From IMG/VR virus record IMGVR_UViG_3300032050_000011: a stretch of 64,000 bases of DNA. One strand, 5' to 3'. The notes beneath the pieces are model-generated. The model ran no database searches. It saw nothing but the letters and a program-made list of their open reading frames with translations, and was not told the DNA's origin. Both the position numbers and the translations under genes were made by a program. Of the stretch, positions 49,145 through 57,911 are shown in pieces. Origin of the DNA: a virus. How positions within the stretch are numbered: position 1 is the first letter of the stretch; the number at the start of each line of letters is the position of its first letter.

Positions 49145-49608
49145 TAGAACTCTAAACCGACGGTTAATCCAATTTGACTTTTTTCAGTGGCAATTACGCC
49201 AATACTTATATTACCGAGTACTCTTTTTGATACGGCAATTCCAAACTCATATTCATTAATTTTAGCGTCTTGTGCTAGAACAAGTGCACTGATGTGTAAG
49301 CCAGATGTTCTGGTTGTTGTAGTTTTGCTGGATGTTTCTCTGCTAGACGAACCCTCACTAGAAGTATCAGTTATTGATCTATCTGTTGTAGTCTCTTCTT
49401 CTGTTGTAGTACCATCTGGACTAGTGACTTTGCGTTTAGTTGTAGTCACATTCTTGCGTTCTTCTTTTTTTTCTTTATAAACTATAACTTCTTTATCTTT
49501 ATATTCTGCTATTATCTCTGCGGGCTTAGAAAAACGTCCGGCCATAAATGATATAGCGAATGCTATGACTCCTAATAGAGCAAATTTTACTCGCTTATCT
49601 TTAATCAT
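49144..49608 (-). CDS. Membrane/exported protein (possible lysis accessory)
   Basis: N-terminal TM, Thr/Ser linker, amphipathic beta strands ending in Phe (GLTVGLEF). Confidence 0.6.
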   Translation of the reverse strand: MIKDKRVKFALLGVIAFAISFMAGRFSKPAEIIAEYKDKEVIVYKEKKEERKNVTTTKRKVTSPDGTTTEEETTTDRSITDTSSEGSSSRETSSKTTTTRTSGLHISALVLAQDAKINEYEFGIAVSKRVLGNISIGVIATEKSQIGLTVGLEF

Positions 49609-49609
49609 A

Positions 49610-51283
49610 CTACTCTCCTGCAGTGCTCATCATATCTCTAAAGGCCTGCTTAGACATTGCTAATTGATTTTCAAGCTGAGAATCGCGAGGAACACAGACT
49701 ATGCCTCCGCATGTTATTAGTAGCGACGCTACGGACAATGCATTACCTATTGCTACACGAGCTACTTTAGCGGGTTCAATAATTCCTGCCTCAAAAGGAT
49801 CAACCACTTCATGTTTGTTAGCATCAAATACTTTACCATTAGAAAGAATTTTTGCTATGTCTTCATGATTTTCTCCACAATTTGTCAGCAGTAATTTAAA
49901 AGGTTCTCTTAATGCGTTAGACATAATAGACCAAGATGGCCTTGCATCTGATAAAGAATCATCTATGATTTTAGCTAGCTCTAGCTGAACAAGGCATCCG
50001 CCAGGAATTACGCCTTCTGCTATGGCAGATCTTACTGCCTCTACGGCATCTTCTACTCTTGCTTTACGTTCACGCACCTTTAAATCAGATACACCGCCTA
50101 CAAATATTGTAGATATACCGCCTGTAAGTTTGGCTATGTTAGCTCTAACATGCATTTTATCTACCTCTGAAAAACAGCTTTCTTCTAGTGCCTTAAGCTC
50201 AAGGATACGCTGCTCTAGTTGTTCAGAGTCTGGCTGAGCCATAATAAATGTCTCATATGTGTTAGATTTAGCGAAACTAAATTGACCAAAATCATCGCTA
50301 GTGATATCTTCTACTGTAGATGGATCAAATAGTCTAGCACCAGTATATGCAGCCATGTCTTCTAAGAAGACTGTTCTAGAGTTCGGTAAGCCAGAGCGAG
50401 GAGTCTTAATTGGACAGATGGTTATTCCACCTTTGATATTTTTCACTATTTTATCTAAGACTAGATCAGAAAAATCATGTGCTATTATCATGAGCGGCGA
50501 TCCATAAAGATCAGTGCCTTCAATTGCTTCCTGAACAAATGCAAGTGATTTAAGATCATTTATAGTGCCATTATAAAGAAAAACATAACCGTTATCCATC
50601 TTGCACTGCTGATTGGTTCTGTCATTGATAAACATAGGGCCAAGTTGACCTAAATCTTTTAGGCCAGAAGTTACTACATAACCGTCTATTGTCTCAACTC
50701 GCATCTCATCGCCTTGAGCTTCTTCAATTATGATATGCCCATCATCGCCTGCAGACATAACTGCGTCCACAACAACATTAGCAATACGAGTATCACCATT
50801 AGCTGATATTGTAGCTACACTTCTAAGATTATCTTCGCCTTGAACTGGAACAGCTCTTGTCTTAATATAGGGAACTATAACTTCATCGTATAGCTCTTCT
50901 AGATCATTAACAATTCGCTGTGGATTATATTTCTTATTGCTTAAGACAAAATCTTGACCATATTGAGTTATAGCGTTAGCCAGCACAATAGCAGTAGTAG
51001 TTCCATCTCCTGCGTCTTTTGCAGTATTGATGCAAATTTCTTTAGCTGCTTCTACAATAATATTATGTTCAGCTTTATCAACTCCGAGTGATTTAGCCAC
51101 AGTAACGCCATCTTTAGTGGCTAACGGTGGTTGGCCATCTCGCTCAATTAATACAGCTCGTCCTCCTGGTCCAAGGGTTGAGCCGACGATAGTAGCCATG
51201 TCTTTAATCGATGATGCAACGATCTTGTTTAATCGTTCTTTGTCTGCAATTATGTCTTTGGCTTTAGATTTTTCATAGAGCAT
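49610..51283 (-). CDS. groEL: Phage-encoded GroEL-like chaperonin
   Basis: TLGPGGR, TKDGVTVAK, GDGTTTA, ISANGD, EDAV, GIIEP; start MLYEKS. Confidence 0.95.
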   Translation of the reverse strand: MLYEKSKAKDIIADKERLNKIVASSIKDMATIVGSTLGPGGRAVLIERDGQPPLATKDGVTVAKSLGVDKAEHNIIVEAAKEICINTAKDAGDGTTTAIVLANAITQYGQDFVLSNKKYNPQRIVNDLEELYDEVIVPYIKTRAVPVQGEDNLRSVATISANGDTRIANVVVDAVMSAGDDGHIIIEEAQGDEMRVETIDGYVVTSGLKDLGQLGPMFINDRTNQQCKMDNGYVFLYNGTINDLKSLAFVQEAIEGTDLYGSPLMIIAHDFSDLVLDKIVKNIKGGITICPIKTPRSGLPNSRTVFLEDMAAYTGARLFDPSTVEDITSDDFGQFSFAKSNTYETFIMAQPDSEQLEQRILELKALEESCFSEVDKMHVRANIAKLTGGISTIFVGGVSDLKVRERKARVEDAVEAVRSAIAEGVIPGGCLVQLELAKIIDDSLSDARPSWSIMSNALREPFKLLLTNCGENHEDIAKILSNGKVFDANKHEVVDPFEAGIIEPAKVARVAIGNALSVASLLITCGGIVCVPRDSQLENQLAMSKQAFRDMMSTAGE

Positions 51284-51284
51284 A

Positions 51285-51977
51285 CTATTTTCCACCTTCA
51301 AATTCTTTAACTATTTTTTTATACTTATTTAGCTTACGTGAATCAATTTCAAAACCATAAAAAGAATGACCTAATTTAAGACAAGACTGAAGCGCTGCTG
51401 CAGTGCCCATGTATGGATCAAAGACTACAGATCCAGGAAGTATATCCGTCATACGTATTAGCAATTCAGCTAAATCTACAGGATACGAATCTTCTAGAGA
51501 GCCAGTTTCTATCGTCCAAGAATTACCAGGGCAACTCTGGTCATCGTCTATCTTAAGATATTCCCTAATAGGTAATCTATCTAGTTTCCAGACTTTACCA
51601 TTACAGAAATAAAGAACATATTCATGAGAATTTACTAGATTTGATTCGCTACGCTTACCAGGCAACCAGGACTTATTGAGTATGATATTGTCAATATGTT
51701 CAAAGCCAGCATCAGTCATTATATTAGCAAGTTCAAATGGTCGACTTTTACACTCATTAGGAGCGTAGCATATGAGGAACACTATTCCATTTTTTACAGT
51801 GTTTGCCTTAAGTCTGTCAGCAAATTGACGCATTATGCTAGCAGAATAACCATCTCGCTTTCGTATAGGCACACGACATATAGTTACCTCTATATTGTTT
51901 GGCCATATAGCGTTAGCATCTAGAGGTCCTAGATTAGAAATGCGAATATTCGTAGCAAATAGGCTGTTTATGTCCAT
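51285..51977 (-). CDS. N6/N4 DNA methyltransferase-like protein with degenerate motifs
   Basis: HEYVLYF, YPVDLAELLI, GSVVFDPYMGT...GFEI; no DPPY/SPPY. Confidence 0.7.
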   Translation of the reverse strand: MDINSLFATNIRISNLGPLDANAIWPNNIEVTICRVPIRKRDGYSASIMRQFADRLKANTVKNGIVFLICYAPNECKSRPFELANIMTDAGFEHIDNIILNKSWLPGKRSESNLVNSHEYVLYFCNGKVWKLDRLPIREYLKIDDDQSCPGNSWTIETGSLEDSYPVDLAELLIRMTDILPGSVVFDPYMGTAAALQSCLKLGHSFYGFEIDSRKLNKYKKIVKEFEGGK

Positions 51978-51998
51978 TGTCAGATTATTATACTTATA

Positions 51999-52430
51999 TT
52001 AATAGCCTCTAGCTTGACGATCAAAATTTTCTTTGTTCTTTGTAACATAGAGTTTTTCAAATATATCACCATCTATACCTAGAGCTAGGCCAATATTCAT
52101 AAAGAAGTGAAACACATCAATATATTCGTAGTAGGTCTCAAGCATTTCTTCTTGTGATCTAAAGCCTTCCAGGGCATTCTCAGGATATGTCTTCCATTCT
52201 TTAAATGGGAGACGCTCCAGTAGTTCAGCCATCTCTAGATTCATATTGCGCCATTGTCTAGATATGTCGTCAACTCGTTCTTTGAATGAAGCGCTATCGT
52301 AGTCTAAAGCTCTGTCCTTAGAGGCTAAATGCTTTTGTAATAACGCTTGCATTTTAAACATATCTACTATTGGATTTGATAGTCTAGGGCAGTCTGTGAA
52401 TAAATCGGCACATTTATTTTCTGGATTCAT
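51999..52430 (-). CDS. Dimeric all-alpha dUTPase/dCTPase
   Basis: EMAELLE.LPFKEWK, EYIDVFHF, KNKENFDRQARGY. Confidence 0.88.
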   Translation of the reverse strand: MNPENKCADLFTDCPRLSNPIVDMFKMQALLQKHLASKDRALDYDSASFKERVDDISRQWRNMNLEMAELLERLPFKEWKTYPENALEGFRSQEEMLETYYEYIDVFHFFMNIGLALGIDGDIFEKLYVTKNKENFDRQARGY

Positions 52431-52570
52431 GCTTACTCCTATTATGAGGAGATTATACAGCAGCTAAAAAAATAGTCTAGTTAAGATACTAATACAGTAC
52501 TAGACTAGTATGGTGGGCAGTCTAGTGTATTTTACCTAAGACATTAAAAAAAAATTAAAAAAATGAATAA

Positions 52571-52828
52571 TTACAAATCTTTAGCTGCTATATCAAACAG
52601 TCTCATCATGGTAAGCCAAAGAATCATAGTGTAATAGACATTTGCCTCTATGAAAAGATGTGACTGATAGGATCTTGTTTCACCAGTGTCGTCCTGAATT
52701 GTTATCCAGTCGTCTCCATTTAACGATAATACAACATACTGCTTGTCCTCAGTTATATAAGGAACTAGCGATGATGGGCTAACTACTATCATCCCTACTT
52801 CTATATCAGGTATAGTTAGACTAAACAT
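52571..52828 (-). CDS. Hypothetical SH3-like protein
   Basis: YITEDKQYVV...ITIQDDTG. Confidence 0.6.
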   Translation of the reverse strand: MFSLTIPDIEVGMIVVSPSSLVPYITEDKQYVVLSLNGDDWITIQDDTGETRSYQSHLFIEANVYYTMILWLTMMRLFDIAAKDL

Positions 52829-52829
52829 A

Positions 52830-53285
52830 CTATTCTTTCTCTATGTCTTCTAGAGAAACTTTGATGTCTTTTTTAGAAGGAGTTTTTGTTGTTTTTTTAG
52901 AGCGAAGATCCCATCTGGCTTTTTTACCTCTAGAGTCTACATGTGTGAAGGTATCGTATCTGCCTAGACCATCAAATAGCTTTTCAGCACAGTCAGCCAC
53001 CTCATCCGGCGACATACCCTTAACTGCTATATCCGTAGCAGTGCCTTTCATGTGCTGCGAGTTCTTTTCGCCGCCTATGGCAGTATTGTGATCTAGGCAT
53101 CTGTAGGCTGAATTTATAGATATTGAGCGGCCTATATAGTCTCTAAGTTGTTGTAATCGTTCAATATGATCAAGATCTATGAGCGTTTCCTGGCACTTGC
53201 CACATTTACAATCAAACTCTTTAGCTGAAAAATTAGTAGAGAGTTTACTAGAATCGCCTCTTTTAAATTTTTTTATGTTGGCCAT
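52830..53285 (-). CDS. Peptidase M15A endolysin
   Basis: NFSAKEFDCKCG, SAYRC..HN, SQHMKGTATD, GRYDTFTHVD. Confidence 0.9.
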   Translation of the reverse strand: MANIKKFKRGDSSKLSTNFSAKEFDCKCGKCQETLIDLDHIERLQQLRDYIGRSISINSAYRCLDHNTAIGGEKNSQHMKGTATDIAVKGMSPDEVADCAEKLFDGLGRYDTFTHVDSRGKKARWDLRSKKTTKTPSKKDIKVSLEDIEKE

Positions 53286-53316
53286 AGAATACCTCTAGGC
53301 CATATTCTATCATTTA

Positions 53317-54075
53317 CTAGAGCTTATGATATCTCTTAAAAGCGTCCATTGCTCTATTGAAAACACTTTGAGCATGCTCTTCTTCTTTTTCAATAGTGTC
53401 ATCTTCATCTTCGAGATCCTGCGCTTTCTCGTAAGCATCCCAGGTATGGTCAACATGCTTATCTAAAACGGGATCTGTATGCTGTCTATAATCAACCGTG
53501 TCTTTTTCATCCACATCTTCCATAGCACCTTTACCAGGATTGACTAAGTCCATCGCTTCAGCATGAACTTTTTTGTTGTGCTTTCCAAAATTTAAGCCAG
53601 TATATTCACTAGGCGTGCCACCTCTTCCATGATAATTTCTTAATATACCTTCAACTGCATCTAGACCACCATGATGGTCATGTATATCTTTAAGATCTCT
53701 AACACCATCTAGATGATGGCCTATCATATCATCAAAATCGCTGCTGGATCTAGGTGTGACATTAAACGCATGACCTATATCTATAGATCCCTTGGGAGCT
53801 TTTTTTAAAAAGTCAAGAATATCTTCTTGTGGTTGATTGTTAGCTAGCATACTATCTAGTGTTGCTCTATTCTTAGCTTGTAAATGTTTATTGGGATTAG
53901 TGTAGGCTTGCAATCCATCGCACCAGTCATAGTGCATATGAGGAGCTGCTGTATGATGAGCTCCGCAGTTGCAAGCGCCTTTAGGGACTTGCTTATTTAC
54001 AAAAGCTTTTCTTAGCAGCTGCCATTGGCCATTGTCTGAGGTTTTAAGTAGTTCTCTGATTATTTTAAAACTCAT
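53317..54075 (-). CDS. Paralog trio member 1 (leader + CxC..H..HxxWC motif + shared core)
   Basis: MSFKIIRELLKT..NGQW.L.KA leader; KAPKGSID, HLDGVRDLKDIHDHHGG. Confidence 0.85.
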   Translation of the reverse strand: MSFKIIRELLKTSDNGQWQLLRKAFVNKQVPKGACNCGAHHTAAPHMHYDWCDGLQAYTNPNKHLQAKNRATLDSMLANNQPQEDILDFLKKAPKGSIDIGHAFNVTPRSSSDFDDMIGHHLDGVRDLKDIHDHHGGLDAVEGILRNYHGRGGTPSEYTGLNFGKHNKKVHAEAMDLVNPGKGAMEDVDEKDTVDYRQHTDPVLDKHVDHTWDAYEKAQDLEDEDDTIEKEEEHAQSVFNRAMDAFKRYHKL

Positions 54076-54089
54076 GTTAAATCATCTTT

Positions 54090-54902
54090 TTATAGTCTAT
54101 GATACTTCTTAAAAGTATCCATTGCTCTGTGAATAACTTTGTCTTGATGAGCATCAAATCCTGGATGTCCGGATTTAAAATCTGGACCAACTTCTTCCAT
54201 AACATTTGACCAACTATCTGCAACTTCTTTATTTAGACCCTGATCAAAGTGCGGTTCATACTGTATTCTTTTAGATGGATCGAGTTCTGTACCGTCGTCT
54301 TCTTTTATGCTGAATCTCGGATCATGCATCCATTTACCTTTTCCAGGATACATTATATCATTGGATTCTGCAATAATCTTCTGATTGTGCTTTCCTAAAT
54401 GTAAAGGAATATACGTGCTTTCTCCTCCGTGCCCATGATAATTTCTTAATATACCTTCAACTGCATCTAGACCACCATGATGGTCATGTATATCTTTAAG
54501 ATCTCTAACGCCATCTAGATGATGATTTAGGCTATCTAAAAAGTCACTTTGATCTGTAATATGTTTTAGGCTAGGATTTTTTTTAATTTTATCAAATACG
54601 TGACCAAAGTCTATTGAACCTTTAGGGGCTTTTTTAATGAAATCTGTTACATTAGAACTAGGAGCTCCGCCTTTACTCGCTAAGTCCATCATGTCATCTA
54701 GTGCTATTTTATTTTTAGTTTGCAATACTTTATTAGGATTTTTATAGCTATCAGGGTGAAATGCACTACCCATTGTAGGATAGGCTGATCTTAGATTTTT
54801 AGCTGGAGTTGATTGATCTTCATCTTTAACCCATGCTTTTTCTAGAGACCATTGACCATTAGGTGCAGTTTTAAGTAGTTCTCTTATTATTTTAAAACTC
54901 AT
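54090..54902 (-). CDS. Paralog trio member 2 (lacks Cys/His motif)
   Basis: Same leader and core. Confidence 0.85.
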   Translation of the reverse strand: MSFKIIRELLKTAPNGQWSLEKAWVKDEDQSTPAKNLRSAYPTMGSAFHPDSYKNPNKVLQTKNKIALDDMMDLASKGGAPSSNVTDFIKKAPKGSIDFGHVFDKIKKNPSLKHITDQSDFLDSLNHHLDGVRDLKDIHDHHGGLDAVEGILRNYHGHGGESTYIPLHLGKHNQKIIAESNDIMYPGKGKWMHDPRFSIKEDDGTELDPSKRIQYEPHFDQGLNKEVADSWSNVMEEVGPDFKSGHPGFDAHQDKVIHRAMDTFKKYHRL

Positions 54903-54918
54903 GTTAAATCATCTTTTT

Positions 54919-55704
54919 TTATAGTTTATGATATTTCCTAAAAGCATCCATTGCTCTTTTGATAGCGGCTCTTCCATGAGCTTTGAAAGCCTGCTCATCA
55001 AAATTATCACCGCCAGTAGCTTTATTATGTGCGTCTATCACTTCATCATTAATTGCAGGATCTATGTGCCCGCCATAGTTAGGTCGATCCCGCGGATCAG
55101 GATTTTGGTCGTCGTATTCGAAAGTACCTTTACCCGGCCAAACTAGATCCATCGCTTCAGCATGAATTTTCTTGTTGTTCTTTCCAAAATTTAAACCACT
55201 ATATTCACTAGGAATGCCGTTTGCTCCATGATAATGCTTTAGTATACCCTCAACTGCGTCTAGTCCACCATGATTGTCATGAATATCTTTCATATCTTTA
55301 ACACCATCTAGATGGCGATTTAGATGATCCATAAAATCACTACTTCTAACTAGTTTTTTAATTTTTTCAGAAGGATCATTTTTAGCTCTGCGAAAAATAT
55401 CGCCAAAATCTACTGAACCTTTAGGTGCTTTACTTAGAATATCATGAAGATCACCGCTGTCACCTGCTTGCACGTACTTGTCCAGCGCATTACTGATATC
55501 TTTTTTACTTTTCTCTCTAGCAAGTTTAAGAGGATCTTGTAGTCCATCACACCAGTCATAGTGCATATTAGGCGCGGCTGTATGCTGAGCCCCGCAGTTA
55601 CAGGCATGTTTAGGGATCGATTGGTTTACAAAGGCTTTTCTTAGCAACTGCCATTGACCATTATTTGAAGTTTTAAGTAGTTCTTTGATTATTTTAAAAC
55701 TCAT
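54919..55704 (-). CDS. Paralog trio member 3
   Basis: Same leader, Cys/His motif and core; ends RAMDAFRKYHKL. Confidence 0.85.
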   Translation of the reverse strand: MSFKIIKELLKTSNNGQWQLLRKAFVNQSIPKHACNCGAQHTAAPNMHYDWCDGLQDPLKLAREKSKKDISNALDKYVQAGDSGDLHDILSKAPKGSVDFGDIFRRAKNDPSEKIKKLVRSSDFMDHLNRHLDGVKDMKDIHDNHGGLDAVEGILKHYHGANGIPSEYSGLNFGKNNKKIHAEAMDLVWPGKGTFEYDDQNPDPRDRPNYGGHIDPAINDEVIDAHNKATGGDNFDEQAFKAHGRAAIKRAMDAFRKYHKL

Positions 55705-55707
55705 TTG

Positions 55708-56241
55708 TCAACCTTTTCTCTTGCTAGGTTTAATCCACTTTAAACCTAAAAAATTCATCGCTGTTTTCTCACAGTCAAAAGATATTTTTTCATCTGTTTC
55801 TAGATTTTTAAAATATCTGGGATTGGTCCATGAGTATCCTATGCCCTTAATATTATAACGTATATCATCGTTAAACTCCTTAGGCCCAGTGGTAAATAAT
55901 AAAGTATTGCCCATGTGGCCTGGATACGATAAGAATATGTCTAATATCAAGTATTTATCTAATATTTTTTTTCTAAATTGATTGGTAAAAATAGAACTTG
56001 TCTCAGATGACCTGTAGGTACAAGTCCAGCCTAATTGCTCAAATCTAGTTAATATGCCATTTGCTTGCCAATCAGATTTGACTGGAACTACTAGATCTAT
56101 ATCATTGCAGAACCATTTACCTCTGCGATATGATCCAGATATGGTGTAGTCTTTAATACCTGCTTCTCTGCATAATTTCCATATAAATAACCTGATTATC
56201 CATCTATGCAGCACCAGTTGATTTTTATATTTTAAACCCAT
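55708..56241 (-). CDS. polX: Minimal family X DNA polymerase
   Basis: GSYRRGK..CNDIDLVV, LDIF, LLFTTGPKEFN, LGLKWIKP; 177 aa. Confidence 0.85.
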   Translation of the reverse strand: MGLKYKNQLVLHRWIIRLFIWKLCREAGIKDYTISGSYRRGKWFCNDIDLVVPVKSDWQANGILTRFEQLGWTCTYRSSETSSIFTNQFRKKILDKYLILDIFLSYPGHMGNTLLFTTGPKEFNDDIRYNIKGIGYSWTNPRYFKNLETDEKISFDCEKTAMNFLGLKWIKPSKRKG

Positions 56242-56242
56242 G

Positions 56243-57622
56243 CTACTTCTCCAAAGTTATGTCATCTGTTATAGCTCTATAAAGTACAAGTCTCGCTTTT
56301 GCGTGACGGGACAACATAGTCGAACCCGCAGGTATGTAGTCCTGAACGATACATTCAGTTTTATTTCCATAGAGTCGCAGACCTCTTCCAATTGACTGAA
56401 TGACAGGACCTTTAGATGCCATAAAGTTAGCAAGAATAAGAACATCAACCCGCCTGGTGTCTGTACCTTCGCCAACTTTTCCACCTGTACCGATGAGCCC
56501 TTTAATCTCTCCTGAGTTAAGACTATCGACATAGTGTTGTGATAGTCTATCTTTTCCTTGCGCAAAAGGAATTCCCAGATCTTTGGATAGTTCTTCTCCA
56601 TGTGCAACCTCGCCTACCAAGCACAAGACCGATTTGCCTTCAGCCATATATCTCTGAATATCAGACTTTATTTGTTCTTTCATATTTTTATCGTTTAGAA
56701 CATGCGCTTTATAGTTTTTAAGTTTATCATTTTGGTAGTCTGCACCCTCAGTCTTTACTTCTTTAACTATAAATCTAGGTTTAGCTAAAAAGCCATTTTC
56801 TATGCCCCACTTAATATCTCTCTTTACTATAACTGGACCACAGCCAGCATATATCATAATGTCTTTGCCGTCTGATCTAAAATCAGTAGCAGTCATGCCA
56901 TATATTCTGCCAACATCGCCTAGTGCAATAGATATATCATAAAATGTGTCTGCTGCTATATGGTGAACTTCATCGAATATAATAACGCCTAGATTTTCTT
57001 TCTTAAAAGACTCTAGACTATTAAAAACAGAAGCAGCTATACCAACTGTTATAAATTTAATTTTTTTCTTACCACCACCATAGTAACCAACTATATTTTC
57101 GCCAAATGCACTAGTTAATTCACTATAAAATTGTTTAGCTATGCTTTCAGATGGAACAACTATTAGTGTTTTTCTTTTTAATTGTTTAACTAAGTGAAGT
57201 GCAGTCAGCGTTTTGCCTAGTCCAGTTGCGAAGTTTATTACGCCACGCCAACTAGAGGCCGCAATATCTATTGCCTCTTTTTGATAGTCTCTAGGGTCAT
57301 GCGGTCGTTTTTTCCAAGGCAAAGACATCGTGTCGCCAGTCTCAGAGCGCTTATCGATAACTGTAATATCTGAAAGGAGATAATTTAGGCCAGAATTAAA
57401 TACTAGATGACCACCCTCTAGTTTTTTTAAAAGTGTACAGTTTATTTCTTTGCGTAACTTATTTAATATAGGTGAGTTACGCTGAAATGGATTTTTTTCC
57501 ATCCGTTTTACTTGATATTCTTTTTGTTTGTCAGTGTAGGAACATGCTTTTTCAAGCATGCGTAGAATCTCGTCTGAGGGATTTTGGACTACAACTAGTT
57601 TATTAGTTAAAATTGCCTTCAT
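56243..57622 (-). CDS. uvsW: SF2 helicase (UvsW-like)
   Basis: RDYQ, ATGLGKT, DEVHH, GMTAT, QSIGRGLR. Confidence 0.9.
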   Translation of the reverse strand: MKAILTNKLVVVQNPSDEILRMLEKACSYTDKQKEYQVKRMEKNPFQRNSPILNKLRKEINCTLLKKLEGGHLVFNSGLNYLLSDITVIDKRSETGDTMSLPWKKRPHDPRDYQKEAIDIAASSWRGVINFATGLGKTLTALHLVKQLKRKTLIVVPSESIAKQFYSELTSAFGENIVGYYGGGKKKIKFITVGIAASVFNSLESFKKENLGVIIFDEVHHIAADTFYDISIALGDVGRIYGMTATDFRSDGKDIMIYAGCGPVIVKRDIKWGIENGFLAKPRFIVKEVKTEGADYQNDKLKNYKAHVLNDKNMKEQIKSDIQRYMAEGKSVLCLVGEVAHGEELSKDLGIPFAQGKDRLSQHYVDSLNSGEIKGLIGTGGKVGEGTDTRRVDVLILANFMASKGPVIQSIGRGLRLYGNKTECIVQDYIPAGSTMLSRHAKARLVLYRAITDDITLEK

Positions 57623-57704
57623 TTGCTTATTATACTTATTGCATGATACGATATGATCGTATAATAAAAATACGATTTTATATTAAACGTTTTTTAGGAG
57701 TTCT
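57623..57704. promoter_or_regulatory. Divergent promoter region
   Basis: GTATAAT on minus (57629-57635) and plus (57659-57665); palindrome TACGAT-atg-ATCGTA. Confidence 0.7.
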
Positions 57705-57911
57705 ATGGAAAATCTGTCTAAATTCAAGGACAAGCTGCATAACACTCTTACTTGGTGGCTTGGTAAGCGTAAACCGTTCATAATAAATGACGAATACGAA
57801 ATCAAGTTATTATTTATTGATAAGATAAATAATAGTGCCAAGATAGAGATCACTAACTTAAAGAGTAAGAATTCTAGCATAGTTGAGGTAGGCAATGAAC
57901 AACAATGCTGA
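57705..57911 (+). CDS. Small hypothetical protein
   Basis: SD AGGAG; first gene of plus-strand operon. Confidence 0.7.
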   Translation: MENLSKFKDKLHNTLTWWLGKRKPFIINDEYEIKLLFIDKINNSAKIEITNLKSKNSSIVEVGNEQQC

